Part shown: piece after piece, positions 56,633 to 64,000 of the stretch
How the letters are laid out: every line of letters starts with the position of its first letter
Position numbering within the stretch: position 1 is the first letter of the stretch
DNA from: Ignavibacteria bacterium
Lineage (GTDB): Bacteria > Bacteroidota > Ignavibacteria > Kapaibacteriales > Kapaibacteriaceae
Length of the DNA stretch: 64,000 bases
Reading direction: 5' to 3'
Assembly (NCBI GenBank): GCA_040380835.1
Contig: JBEIIK010000001.1
Span: 4,810 to 68,809, forward strand
The notes under the pieces: generated by a model
What the model saw: the letters and a program-made list of their open reading frames with translations, nothing else
Database searches by the model: none
Told to the model about the DNA's origin: nothing
Translations under genes and position numbers: made by a program

Positions 56633-58207
56633 ATGCTCAATTGCGTGTTCACTCACCTGGGGTCTTATTGCAAGCCCCTTGTCATGATGATACTGATCAT
56701 GATAATGGCCATTGATCCCGTGTGTCTGGAGTCACGCCAGCCACCGCGCAAGGCTGTTCGCAAGGGTGCGACGCGCTCCTCCGTGGGCTCGCCAGCAAAG
56801 AATGCTCGTCGCTCCTCCGTCAAGCATAAGGGTCGCTCATGGGCGTCTGCAGGGGGCTCGAGGGTCAAATCATCGGCGGTTTCGCGCCGCGGCTCGGGTA
56901 CTTCCAAACGCCGTCGCATTCGAAGGTCTCCTAGGGCCAGGCCCGTTGCGGTGACCAAGCTCACGATGGTTCGGGATTCGTCGCTCGGACAGGGGATTCG
57001 CTATCAGGAGTTTCGCACCAACGGTAGGACTCCGATTGTTGTGCATGCGATGATGCTGGACCGCTCCATCCCGGGTAATGCGCTGCGCCTGGTCAAGGGC
57101 GAAGATAACTGCGTCGGTCTGGAACGTCTTGCCGAAATGGCCTCACGATTCGAGGCCTCATCGCGGCACACCGTCCATGGACTGGTAAACGGCAATTTCT
57201 GGCGCGCCGTGCGTAATACGCTCATCGGGCCGTGTGTGATCGACGGAGAAGTGGTCGAGATGAACAGCTACAAAAAGTGGTCGAGCGCCTTCTTCGATGT
57301 GCGCAATGCCATGACCGTTGATACGTTCCGGATCAATGGCAACGTCAGCATTGCAGGTCAGTGGTATCCCATATCGACCGTAAATCATCGGGACGATCAG
57401 GGGGTTGTGGTCTACAACTCGTATGGCGGCAACACGGTGCCGTATGTGAGTCCAAAGCAGATCGAACGGGCATTTCAGGAGGCCATAAAAGACACGGTCT
57501 TCATCGCCGAAGATTCCACTGAAGCAGCATTGACGCAGGATGTCCTTCGGCAGGAGATCGCCAGGGCACGTCGCGAGCGAGATGCCGAGTATCCGATGCT
57601 CAAGATCCGCGTACGATATCTGCGGTCTCCGAGTGTGAATGTCCCTCTGCCCTGCGAAGTGTTGAGTGTTGACACGGCCACCGTCACAATGCCGATCCGT
57701 GGCGCGGTGATCTCAATGCCGCGTTCTATGTTGGCACCGGCCAACCTGCCGCGCATGGGTGATACGATACGCCTGCTGTACAGCACCAATGTTCAGCCTC
57801 AGACGCCGTTCATGAATGCGGTCTGCGGTACGCCACGGCTTGTGCGAAAGGGGGTGGCAAAACACGAGGCGCTTATCGAAGGCAGTACCGGCTCACGTTT
57901 CATCAACCACGCCCTGGCGCGATGTGCCGTCGGTACGGACTCCAGCGGTACACGGCTGATCCTAGCCGCCGTGCCTGCCGATCGTACCGACCGCGGGACC
58001 GCAGGTGCCTCACTTCAGCAAATGGCTCAGATTATGGATCTACTCGGGTGCAGCGAAGCATTGAACCTTGACGGAGGAGGCTCTGCAGGCATGATGGTGG
58101 GTAGTGACCATGTGTTTTTCGACGGTGCTGACCCTCTGACCCGTCGTGTGGGCCTGGGTGTGGGGCTGGTGAAACTCTCGAAGATCCTGCGGGGCGCGCC
58201 GCGCTAA
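56633..58207 (+). CDS. phosphodiester glycosidase family (DUF2233/NAGPA-like) protein with an Arg/Ser-rich basic N-terminal region
   Basis: The C-terminal 'EALNLDGGGSAGMMV' and preceding blocks ('RCAVGTDSSGTRLILAAV') fit the DUF2233 family. The start is uncertain: ATG 56633 or 56684. The upstream part of the tracked ORF is antisense to the crotonase gene. Confidence 0.55.
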   Translation: MLNCVFTHLGSYCKPLVMMILIMIMAIDPVCLESRQPPRKAVRKGATRSSVGSPAKNARRSSVKHKGRSWASAGGSRVKSSAVSRRGSGTSKRRRIRRSPRARPVAVTKLTMVRDSSLGQGIRYQEFRTNGRTPIVVHAMMLDRSIPGNALRLVKGEDNCVGLERLAEMASRFEASSRHTVHGLVNGNFWRAVRNTLIGPCVIDGEVVEMNSYKKWSSAFFDVRNAMTVDTFRINGNVSIAGQWYPISTVNHRDDQGVVVYNSYGGNTVPYVSPKQIERAFQEAIKDTVFIAEDSTEAALTQDVLRQEIARARRERDAEYPMLKIRVRYLRSPSVNVPLPCEVLSVDTATVTMPIRGAVISMPRSMLAPANLPRMGDTIRLLYSTNVQPQTPFMNAVCGTPRLVRKGVAKHEALIEGSTGSRFINHALARCAVGTDSSGTRLILAAVPADRTDRGTAGASLQQMAQIMDLLGCSEALNLDGGGSAGMMVGSDHVFFDGADPLTRRVGLGVGLVKLSKILRGAPR

Positions 58208-58229
58208 CTTTGGGGCCCCCCCCGGCGTA

Positions 58230-59459
58230 TTACTCCGGGTAGAGCAGGTATCGCCTGCGCAGTTCGCGGAACTGCTGAAGTCCACGCTGAAACAATGCCT
58301 CAATGCGGGAAAGGGAAGCCCCCTGACACAGCGCGGAGACAAGCTCGCCTGAGCCGCATGCCTTGGCGAACATGCGTCCGTTAGCGGCGCGTATGAGCGT
58401 GTCCGGGAATGCCTCCGGCCGCCGCCGGCGCGCCTCCCATAGCAGAACGGCGGCAGCCTCCATTGGACGCCACATCGGGCGTGGCTGCACATAGTACCCA
58501 TCACATACCGTGCCGGCGTGTTTGCCGCCGCCTGGTTTGTAGCGTGCGCGGGCCATGTCTACTCCACGATCGCGAAGAAGAGTTATCGTTGATGCGGGTA
58601 GCTCTAGTCCCGGTGCGCCGATCATCTGAAAGGGGCTGTTCGTTCCCATCCCGATGCTCCAGATGCCCAGCTCGCCCAGGAGTCCCGTAAGGGCGTAGCC
58701 GCGAATGGCCGCAACACTCGGGATGTTTGGACTGGTTGGATACCACGGTCGGTCGATCTCCTCCCACGTCGAGGTGCGTGCCCAGCGTTTGCAGCGCACT
58801 ACCGTCAACGAGCACAACTGCTCGCGTCGTTTCGAATTGGTCGTCAGCCAGTGTTCGTGATTGGCCATGGTTGCCAGCTCGCCGAGCGTGCATCCGTGGA
58901 CGTAGGCAATTGGAAGTCGGCCGATGAATGACCGCAGTGAATCATCGACGATGCCTCCGCTGACGGTTATGCCACCAAGTGGGTTTGGCCGGTCGAGGAC
59001 CATGCATGGGATGTTGAACTCGGCGCAGGCGTCCATGACTTCGATCATCGTAGACATAAATGTGTAAGAGCGCACGCCAATGTCCTGCAGGTCAATGACT
59101 ACCACGTCGGCGTCGCCGATCATCGAAGCGTCAGGACGTCGCACAGCCCCATAGAGCGAACGTGTCGGCACACCGAGAAGCGTGTCGTCATCCACATGCT
59201 TGCCGGCTTCTATAACACCGTAGAAGCCGTGCTCAGGCGTAAGAATGCGAAGCAGGTGCAGCGCGCGCGTGCCAGCGAACTCCTCGGCCGTAGATGTGCC
59301 GCCGGCCGTACGTGCTGCGGCGTGGCTCACCAGCACGACGCTCTTGCCGCTCAGAAGGGCAAACTCCGTGTCGATGAGGTTGTCGACGCCGAATTTCACC
59401 TGGGCCGACGCAGCCGTGAGTGCAAGCAGCAGTATGATCATGATCGGCCTGGCCATCAT
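58230..59459 (-). CDS. DUF1343 family exo-beta-N-acetylmuramidase (NamZ-like)
   Basis: Signal peptide. 'VVIDLQDIGVRSYTFMSTM', 'VLDRPNPLGG' and 'PIAYVHGCTLGELA' are conserved DUF1343/YbbC blocks. Confidence 0.8.
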   Translation of the reverse strand: MMARPIMIILLLALTAASAQVKFGVDNLIDTEFALLSGKSVVLVSHAAARTAGGTSTAEEFAGTRALHLLRILTPEHGFYGVIEAGKHVDDDTLLGVPTRSLYGAVRRPDASMIGDADVVVIDLQDIGVRSYTFMSTMIEVMDACAEFNIPCMVLDRPNPLGGITVSGGIVDDSLRSFIGRLPIAYVHGCTLGELATMANHEHWLTTNSKRREQLCSLTVVRCKRWARTSTWEEIDRPWYPTSPNIPSVAAIRGYALTGLLGELGIWSIGMGTNSPFQMIGAPGLELPASTITLLRDRGVDMARARYKPGGGKHAGTVCDGYYVQPRPMWRPMEAAAVLLWEARRRRPEAFPDTLIRAANGRMFAKACGSGELVSALCQGASLSRIEALFQRGLQQFRELRRRYLLYPE

Positions 59460-60412
59460 CCCGCTACTCGTTTCTCAGGGGGCTTACCCGCCAGAAAGGT
59501 CGATCGCGGATGAAACAGTGTGTGGACTTCCTTGACGTATTCACGATTGATGTGGGTGTATATCTGCGTAGTCGCAATGTCGGCATGGCCCAGCATCTCC
59601 TGAACTGCGCGCAGGTCTGCACCACCTTCAAGCAGGTGAGTGGCAAATGAATGACGGAACATATGCGGATGTATGTGCTTAGTCAGGCCGGCCTGCTCGG
59701 CCCCCTGCTGCATGATCTTCCAGATGGCCATGCGCGAGAGTCGACTGCCACGGGAGTTCAGAAACATGATGTCGTCGGTGTTGGACGACGTGATCAGTCG
59801 TCCACGCGCCGCTGCCTGATACCGGGCGATCCACTCCAGAGCCTCGGCACCGATAGGCACCATGCGCTCTTTCGAGCCCTTGCCGAAGACGCGCACAAGC
59901 TCAACCTCGACAAGCACGTCAGCCTGACGCAGGCCGATGAGTTCACTGACTCGAAGGCCGCAGGCATACATGGTTTCGAACATGGCACGGTTTCGCAGCG
60001 TGTAGCGGTTCGTGGCGTCGAAGACCTCGAGAAAGGCCACCACCTCGGCAACAGACAGACTCTCCGGCAGTTGGCGTCGTGAGCGAGGTATCTCCATAGC
60101 TTCGGTGATATCACGCTGCATCCGGCCGTTACCCACAAGGAACGTGTGCAGGTGCCTGATAGAAGCAAGGTAGCGGGCCCTGCTTGAGGGGGCCAGCTCA
60201 AGTCCAGCAAGGCACTCAAAGAAAGACCGTACATCGCCGAGTGTCGCCTCGGAGAAGCCCGCTCGCTGCAATTCGTTCAGATGGATCGCATACTGACGGA
60301 CATCGTGCCGATAGGCATCGGCCGTGGTGGTGGCAAGCCCACGCTCGAGGCGGACATAGTGGATGAACTGCTTGATGTCCCGCTCGAAGGCCGATGGGAG
60401 CGCCTGGATCAT
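59456..60412 (-). CDS. xerD: site-specific tyrosine recombinase XerD/XerC type
   Basis: SAM-like N-terminal domain ('FIHYVRLERGLATTTADAYRHDVRQY'). Catalytic 'ACGLRVSELIGL' and 'HMFRHSFATHLLEGGADLRAVQEMLGHADIATTQIYTH'. Confidence 0.85.
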   Translation of the reverse strand: MIQALPSAFERDIKQFIHYVRLERGLATTTADAYRHDVRQYAIHLNELQRAGFSEATLGDVRSFFECLAGLELAPSSRARYLASIRHLHTFLVGNGRMQRDITEAMEIPRSRRQLPESLSVAEVVAFLEVFDATNRYTLRNRAMFETMYACGLRVSELIGLRQADVLVEVELVRVFGKGSKERMVPIGAEALEWIARYQAAARGRLITSSNTDDIMFLNSRGSRLSRMAIWKIMQQGAEQAGLTKHIHPHMFRHSFATHLLEGGADLRAVQEMLGHADIATTQIYTHINREYVKEVHTLFHPRSTFLAGKPPEKRVAG

Positions 60413-62550
60413 GCTGCCGGCTCGTCACTGGGACGCACTTCCATGTAGCGTACACGCTGGTGGGAAGCTCCCGTGAGCGAGTTCACAAAGGAATCGCGGA
60501 TGACGTTAAGGTCATGCAGCGTAAGGGGCGCATCCTGCAACTGACCGTCAAGGAAACGGTCCATGATGATCCGGTCAATGGCCTGTTCGATCTCCGCACG
60601 GTTGCCAGATTCGACAAGGCGCGAGAGTGCCTCGGCGGCGTCTGCAAGCATAACGATGGCGGTTTCTTTTGAGTCAGGACGTGGACCAGGATAACGGAAG
60701 TCGTTCGGGTCAACCTCGGTGCCGCCCGACTCGTCGATAGCCTTGGCATAGAAGTGCTTGACCAGGATCGTGCCATGATGCATCGGGATAAACTTCCAGA
60801 TCCTGTCCGGAAGGCGGTACTCTCGGGCAAGATCGATTCCATCAGTTACGTGTCGGCGGATGATCTCGGCACTCTTGCGCGCCGGTAAACGGTCGTGCTT
60901 GTTGTCGATGTCGATCTGGTTCTCGATGAAGTACTCGCTCTTGGTGATCTTGCCGATATCGTGATACAGTGCACCGACGCGGGCAAGCAGCGGATTGGCA
61001 CCGATGGCCGATGCTGCCGTCTCACTGAGATGCATTACGGCCATCGTGTGCTGATAGGTGCCCGGTGCGAGTTGATTGAGCTGATGGATCAGAGGATGAT
61101 TGATGTCATCAAAATCCTCCAGCCGCAGGTCTGTTGCTACGTTCAGCGTCCGCTCCATAAGGATGATGGCCGCCAGAGCAAAGAGGGGTGAGAGCACAGC
61201 ATTGACGACCACGCCGCCGAGTCTTGTAGCAAGGCTCAGTAGGGGCGTGGCATTCTCCAGTTCGATCGACAGCGTCACGATCACCAGTCCGGCAAGGATG
61301 GCCAGGATCGAGGTGAAGATCTGCGTTCGGCTGCGAAGGTTTGTAGCCGAGTATCCGGCCATTACACCACCGGCAATAAGCACCACGGCGATAACATGAT
61401 CGTTGCCGCGTGCAGCAGCAACTGACAGGGCGCAGGAGAGCGTCACGACGATCGATGTGCGGACATCGTAGAGGATCGACACCAGCATTGCGAAGCCGGG
61501 AACGATGATGGTGTACTCGAGTGGGAGATTCGACGGCAGGGCGATCGAGAGCCAGCCCAGACCGGCCGAGGCAACAGGCATCGCCAGCAGTGTGGCTAGT
61601 TGACCGTTGCGCACGAACGAAGAGCGTCGCACAAAGTAGAGGTACAGGCAGACGATGGCAATCAGCACCAGGGCGTGCCCTGCCGAGCCAACGGCCACGA
61701 GGAACGAGTACTGTGATGCCGAGCGCGCGTACTCCGCGTAGCGATATGATGCCAGACGGTCCAGTATGGCCTCGTCAATTCGGTCACCCTTGCGCACGAT
61801 AACGTCACCTTTGCGCATGATCTCGCGCGTGGTTGATACACCCTGTTCGGCCAGTTGACGCTGGCGTTCCCAGATCGCATTGTCAACGCGCAGTGTTGGA
61901 ACCACGGCAGCATGCAGTGCCTGTCGCAGCTTTGGACGGATCGAATTCTCGACACTGACCAGGCTGATATCAAGGCCCTCGGCTGCCGAAGATGAATCAC
62001 GCAGTTCCGCATGACGGCAGGCGATGTACTCGTTGCCCTGCTCGTCGATCGACATCACATCAGATGATGGTATCTGCCGCAGATCAATGTTGATGATCTG
62101 CCGGGCCCCCTGCTGATAGAGCTCGGCTAGTGCTGCGCTGGCCAGTGCACTGATCTCCGGGCGAGAGGCCAGTTCACTGCTGCGTGATATGGCATCGGCC
62201 AGCCGGCGCTGTGCCTGTACTTCTGCTGTAACGATGCGCCGCACATAGGCCGGCACGGCCGCACGCGTCCGGGCGCGCTCTTCGGCAACACTGTCGGCGT
62301 TTCTCATGACCGGGAACGGGTAGTCGGCCACGAGAGATTCCTGACTCCACGTTGTGCCGATACGTGAGCGGTCAAAGGCCCTCTGGCTGATCTCGCCAAG
62401 CCGCCCCGGCAGGAAACTCATCATAGCCAGCGTGGCCACGGTTATGATGGCGGTACGCAAAGGCATGGAGCTATTCAGGACGCCGCCTGATGCTTGGTCC
62501 CGCCCATCGTCGCGGATCTGTTCAAACAATGTCGGTCGTGAACGTGGCAT
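60409..62550 (-). CDS. 7TM-receptor-linked HD/HDIG phosphohydrolase (PgpH/YqfF-like, candidate c-di-AMP phosphodiesterase)
   Basis: Extracytoplasmic N-domain, 7 TM helices, then the HD domain 'HTMAVMHLSE...GALYHDIGK...HHG'. Confidence 0.8.
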   Translation of the reverse strand: MPRSRPTLFEQIRDDGRDQASGGVLNSSMPLRTAIITVATLAMMSFLPGRLGEISQRAFDRSRIGTTWSQESLVADYPFPVMRNADSVAEERARTRAAVPAYVRRIVTAEVQAQRRLADAISRSSELASRPEISALASAALAELYQQGARQIINIDLRQIPSSDVMSIDEQGNEYIACRHAELRDSSSAAEGLDISLVSVENSIRPKLRQALHAAVVPTLRVDNAIWERQRQLAEQGVSTTREIMRKGDVIVRKGDRIDEAILDRLASYRYAEYARSASQYSFLVAVGSAGHALVLIAIVCLYLYFVRRSSFVRNGQLATLLAMPVASAGLGWLSIALPSNLPLEYTIIVPGFAMLVSILYDVRTSIVVTLSCALSVAAARGNDHVIAVVLIAGGVMAGYSATNLRSRTQIFTSILAILAGLVIVTLSIELENATPLLSLATRLGGVVVNAVLSPLFALAAIILMERTLNVATDLRLEDFDDINHPLIHQLNQLAPGTYQHTMAVMHLSETAASAIGANPLLARVGALYHDIGKITKSEYFIENQIDIDNKHDRLPARKSAEIIRRHVTDGIDLAREYRLPDRIWKFIPMHHGTILVKHFYAKAIDESGGTEVDPNDFRYPGPRPDSKETAIVMLADAAEALSRLVESGNRAEIEQAIDRIIMDRFLDGQLQDAPLTLHDLNVIRDSFVNSLTGASHQRVRYMEVRPSDEPAA

Positions 62551-62574
62551 TGGTGGTGCTGTTTCAAATGGGGC

Positions 62575-63378
62575 TTAACGGCCGGTGAAGTTCGGACGTC
62601 GCTTTTCTAGAAATGCCTGCACGCCCTCGCGGTAGTCGGCTGAATCGCCGGCGCGCTGCTGATACTCGGCTTCAAGCTCCAGCATTTCGTCGAGCGAGTG
62701 ATTGAGCCCCTTCTGCATAAGCATCTTTACAAAGCCGTAGGACTGCGTCGGACCCTGTGCGTATTGCTCTGCCAATGATCGAAGTGCCGAAGCGAATGCC
62801 TTCGGGTGCGCGACGCTGTTGACCAGCCCCATTTCGAGCGCCTGCTCGGCGCTGATGGGGGCGTTGAGCGTGGCAAACTCAAATGCCTTGGCGTAGCCCA
62901 TCATGCGAGGGTAGAACCAGGTTGCGCCGGAGTCGGGGATAAGGGCAATGCCGATGAATGCTTCGACGAGTTTCGCAGATGCGCTCATCACACGGGCGTC
63001 GGCAGCAAGAGCCAGCGACAGGCCGGCGCCGGCGGCAACACCGTTGATGCCGGCGATAATCGGCTTGGGCATCTCGCGCATGAGCCGGATGATGGGATTA
63101 TAGCGACGGTTAAGCGAGTCGCGCAGGTCGCGCTTGTCGCCGGACTTCGGCGCATCCTTCAGATCCTGTCCACTGCAGAAGGCCTTGCCGGCACCCGTGA
63201 GCACAACGCAGCGCACGTCGTCTGTGTCGCGGGCATAGGCCAGCGCATGCTGTAGATCCGTGGTGAGCTGTTCATTGGCCGCATTGTATGATTCGGGACG
63301 ATTAAGCGTGATATTGAACACGCCACCGTCGAGGCTCGTCAGCAGTGTTTCATAGCTGGTCATCACTTGCCCTTCCAT
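62575..63378 (-). CDS. enoyl-CoA hydratase/isomerase family protein (PaaG-like)
   Basis: 'ITLNRPESYNA', 'VVLTGAGKAFCSGQDL' and 'IAGINGVAAGAGLSLALA'. Confidence 0.8.
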   Translation of the reverse strand: MEGQVMTSYETLLTSLDGGVFNITLNRPESYNAANEQLTTDLQHALAYARDTDDVRCVVLTGAGKAFCSGQDLKDAPKSGDKRDLRDSLNRRYNPIIRLMREMPKPIIAGINGVAAGAGLSLALAADARVMSASAKLVEAFIGIALIPDSGATWFYPRMMGYAKAFEFATLNAPISAEQALEMGLVNSVAHPKAFASALRSLAEQYAQGPTQSYGFVKMLMQKGLNHSLDEMLELEAEYQQRAGDSADYREGVQAFLEKRRPNFTGR

Positions 63379-64000
63379 TCTGGTTTGCGCTTCTCAACAA
63401 ATGCCGCCATGCCTTCTTTCTGATCCTCGGTCGCAAAGAGCATGTAAAAGTTCTTCCGCTCGAACTCGAGTCCACCCTCGAGCGTGGTACTGTGTGCCTT
63501 CAGGACAGCCTCTTTAGCCAGACGCGCTGCGATCGGTGCCTTGGAAGCCACATCGCCGGCAAGGGCAAAGGCCTCCTGCAGGTAGAATGCCACCGGCACA
63601 ACGCGGTTGACAAGCCCGGCGGCCTGCGCCTGCGTAGCAGAGATCATGCGCCCCGTGAGAACGATCTCCATCGCCAGAGCCTTGCCCACGGCGCGCGTCA
63701 GACGCTGCGTGCCGCCGGCGCCCGGCATCACACCGATGTTGATCTCCGGCTGACCGAACTGCGCCGTGTCGCTGGCGACGATCATGTCCGCATGCATGGC
63801 CAGCTCGCAGCCCCCTCCCAATGCAAAGCCACTCACAGCCGCGATGATGGGCGTCTTGACCTGACGAATACGCTCCCAGCGCGCAAACTGATCACGCGCA
63901 AGCATGGTGGTGAGCGTTGCGTCGGACATCTCGGTGATGTCGGCTCCGGCTGCAAAGGCCTTATCGCTACCGTGGATCACGATGCAGCGAATTGCCTCGT
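63363..64000 (-). CDS. enoyl-CoA hydratase (crotonase; PaaF/Ech-like), 5' end truncated by the window edge
   Basis: 'GSDKAFAAGADI' and 'IAAVSGFALGGGCELAMHADM'. The reading frame stays open to base 64000; the 'M' at 63980 in the track is an internal GTG. Confidence 0.85.
   Translation of the reverse strand, partial: EAIRCIVIHGSDKAFAAGADITEMSDATLTTMLARDQFARWERIRQVKTPIIAAVSGFALGGGCELAMHADMIVASDTAQFGQPEINIGVMPGAGGTQRLTRAVGKALAMEIVLTGRMISATQAQAAGLVNRVVPVAFYLQEAFALAGDVASKAPIAARLAKEAVLKAHSTTLEGGLEFERKNFYMLFATEDQKEGMAAFVEKRKPEWKGK

Noticed and set aside
58207-58230. A G4C8 run ('tttggggccccccccgg') between convergent genes, as a possible bidirectional terminator.
   Set aside because: It is self-complementary but has no loop and no flanking T/A tracts. 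I cannot support a terminator call from the sequence alone.
59456-60412. The tyrosine recombinase as a marker of an integrated mobile element or genomic island, possibly linked to the tRNA-Ser or the giant surface-protein genes.
   Set aside because: The sequence looks like chromosomal XerD/XerC, with the full SAM-like N-domain and canonical catalytic blocks. It overlaps housekeeping neighbours by ATGA junctions. I found no copy of the tRNA 3' end, no flanking direct repeats, and no other mobility genes.

Overview
This is a gene-dense 64-kb chromosomal segment. GC was about 42-72% in the individual 60-nt lines I counted, mostly high 50s to low 60s. I see about 52 protein genes, one tRNA-Ser(GGA), three clear intrinsic terminators and one short heptamer repeat. 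I saw no rRNA, CRISPR array, transposase, phage gene or recognisable defence cassette.

All calls rest on motif and domain recognition from the supplied translations and on reading the DNA by eye. No database search was possible. The ORF track uses GTG/TTG starts and often over-extends N-termini, so I trimmed several starts.

The taxonomic flavour is an FCB-group bacterium (Bacteroidota, Chlorobiota or Ignavibacteriota-like). Four proteins end in type-A T9SS C-terminal sorting domains, and there is also a GWxTD-domain protein.

The backbone is housekeeping:
- Redox and lipid metabolism: trxB, plsY-gpsA, ispF, fbaB, waaA.
- DNA repair and recombination: xseBA, ruvX, mutL, recN, xerD.
- Translation and ribosome function: rsfS-argS, hflX, rsmA.
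- Other: dapF and three crotonase-family genes.
- Many neighbouring genes are linked by ATGA or TAATG start/stop overlaps.

Three giant secreted proteins (1582, 1335 and about 1500 aa) are embedded in this backbone. Each has a distinct head domain, many ASH/choice-of-anchor-D Ig-like repeats, a cohesin-like module and a T9SS C-terminal domain.

No clear novel multi-gene system emerged. The oddities I would follow up are:
- a ClpB gene reduced to an intact NBD2-only half;
- a MutL whose endonuclease motifs appear substituted;
- a DUF4505 (human C8orf82-like) domain fused to a hotdog thioesterase;
- a signal-peptide-bearing CpcT/CpeT-like protein;
- a crtC plus GT2 carotenoid-glycoside mini-module;
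- an OstA-like / giant adhesin / beta-barrel operon;
- one giant T9SS cargo gene with the signatures of very high expression.
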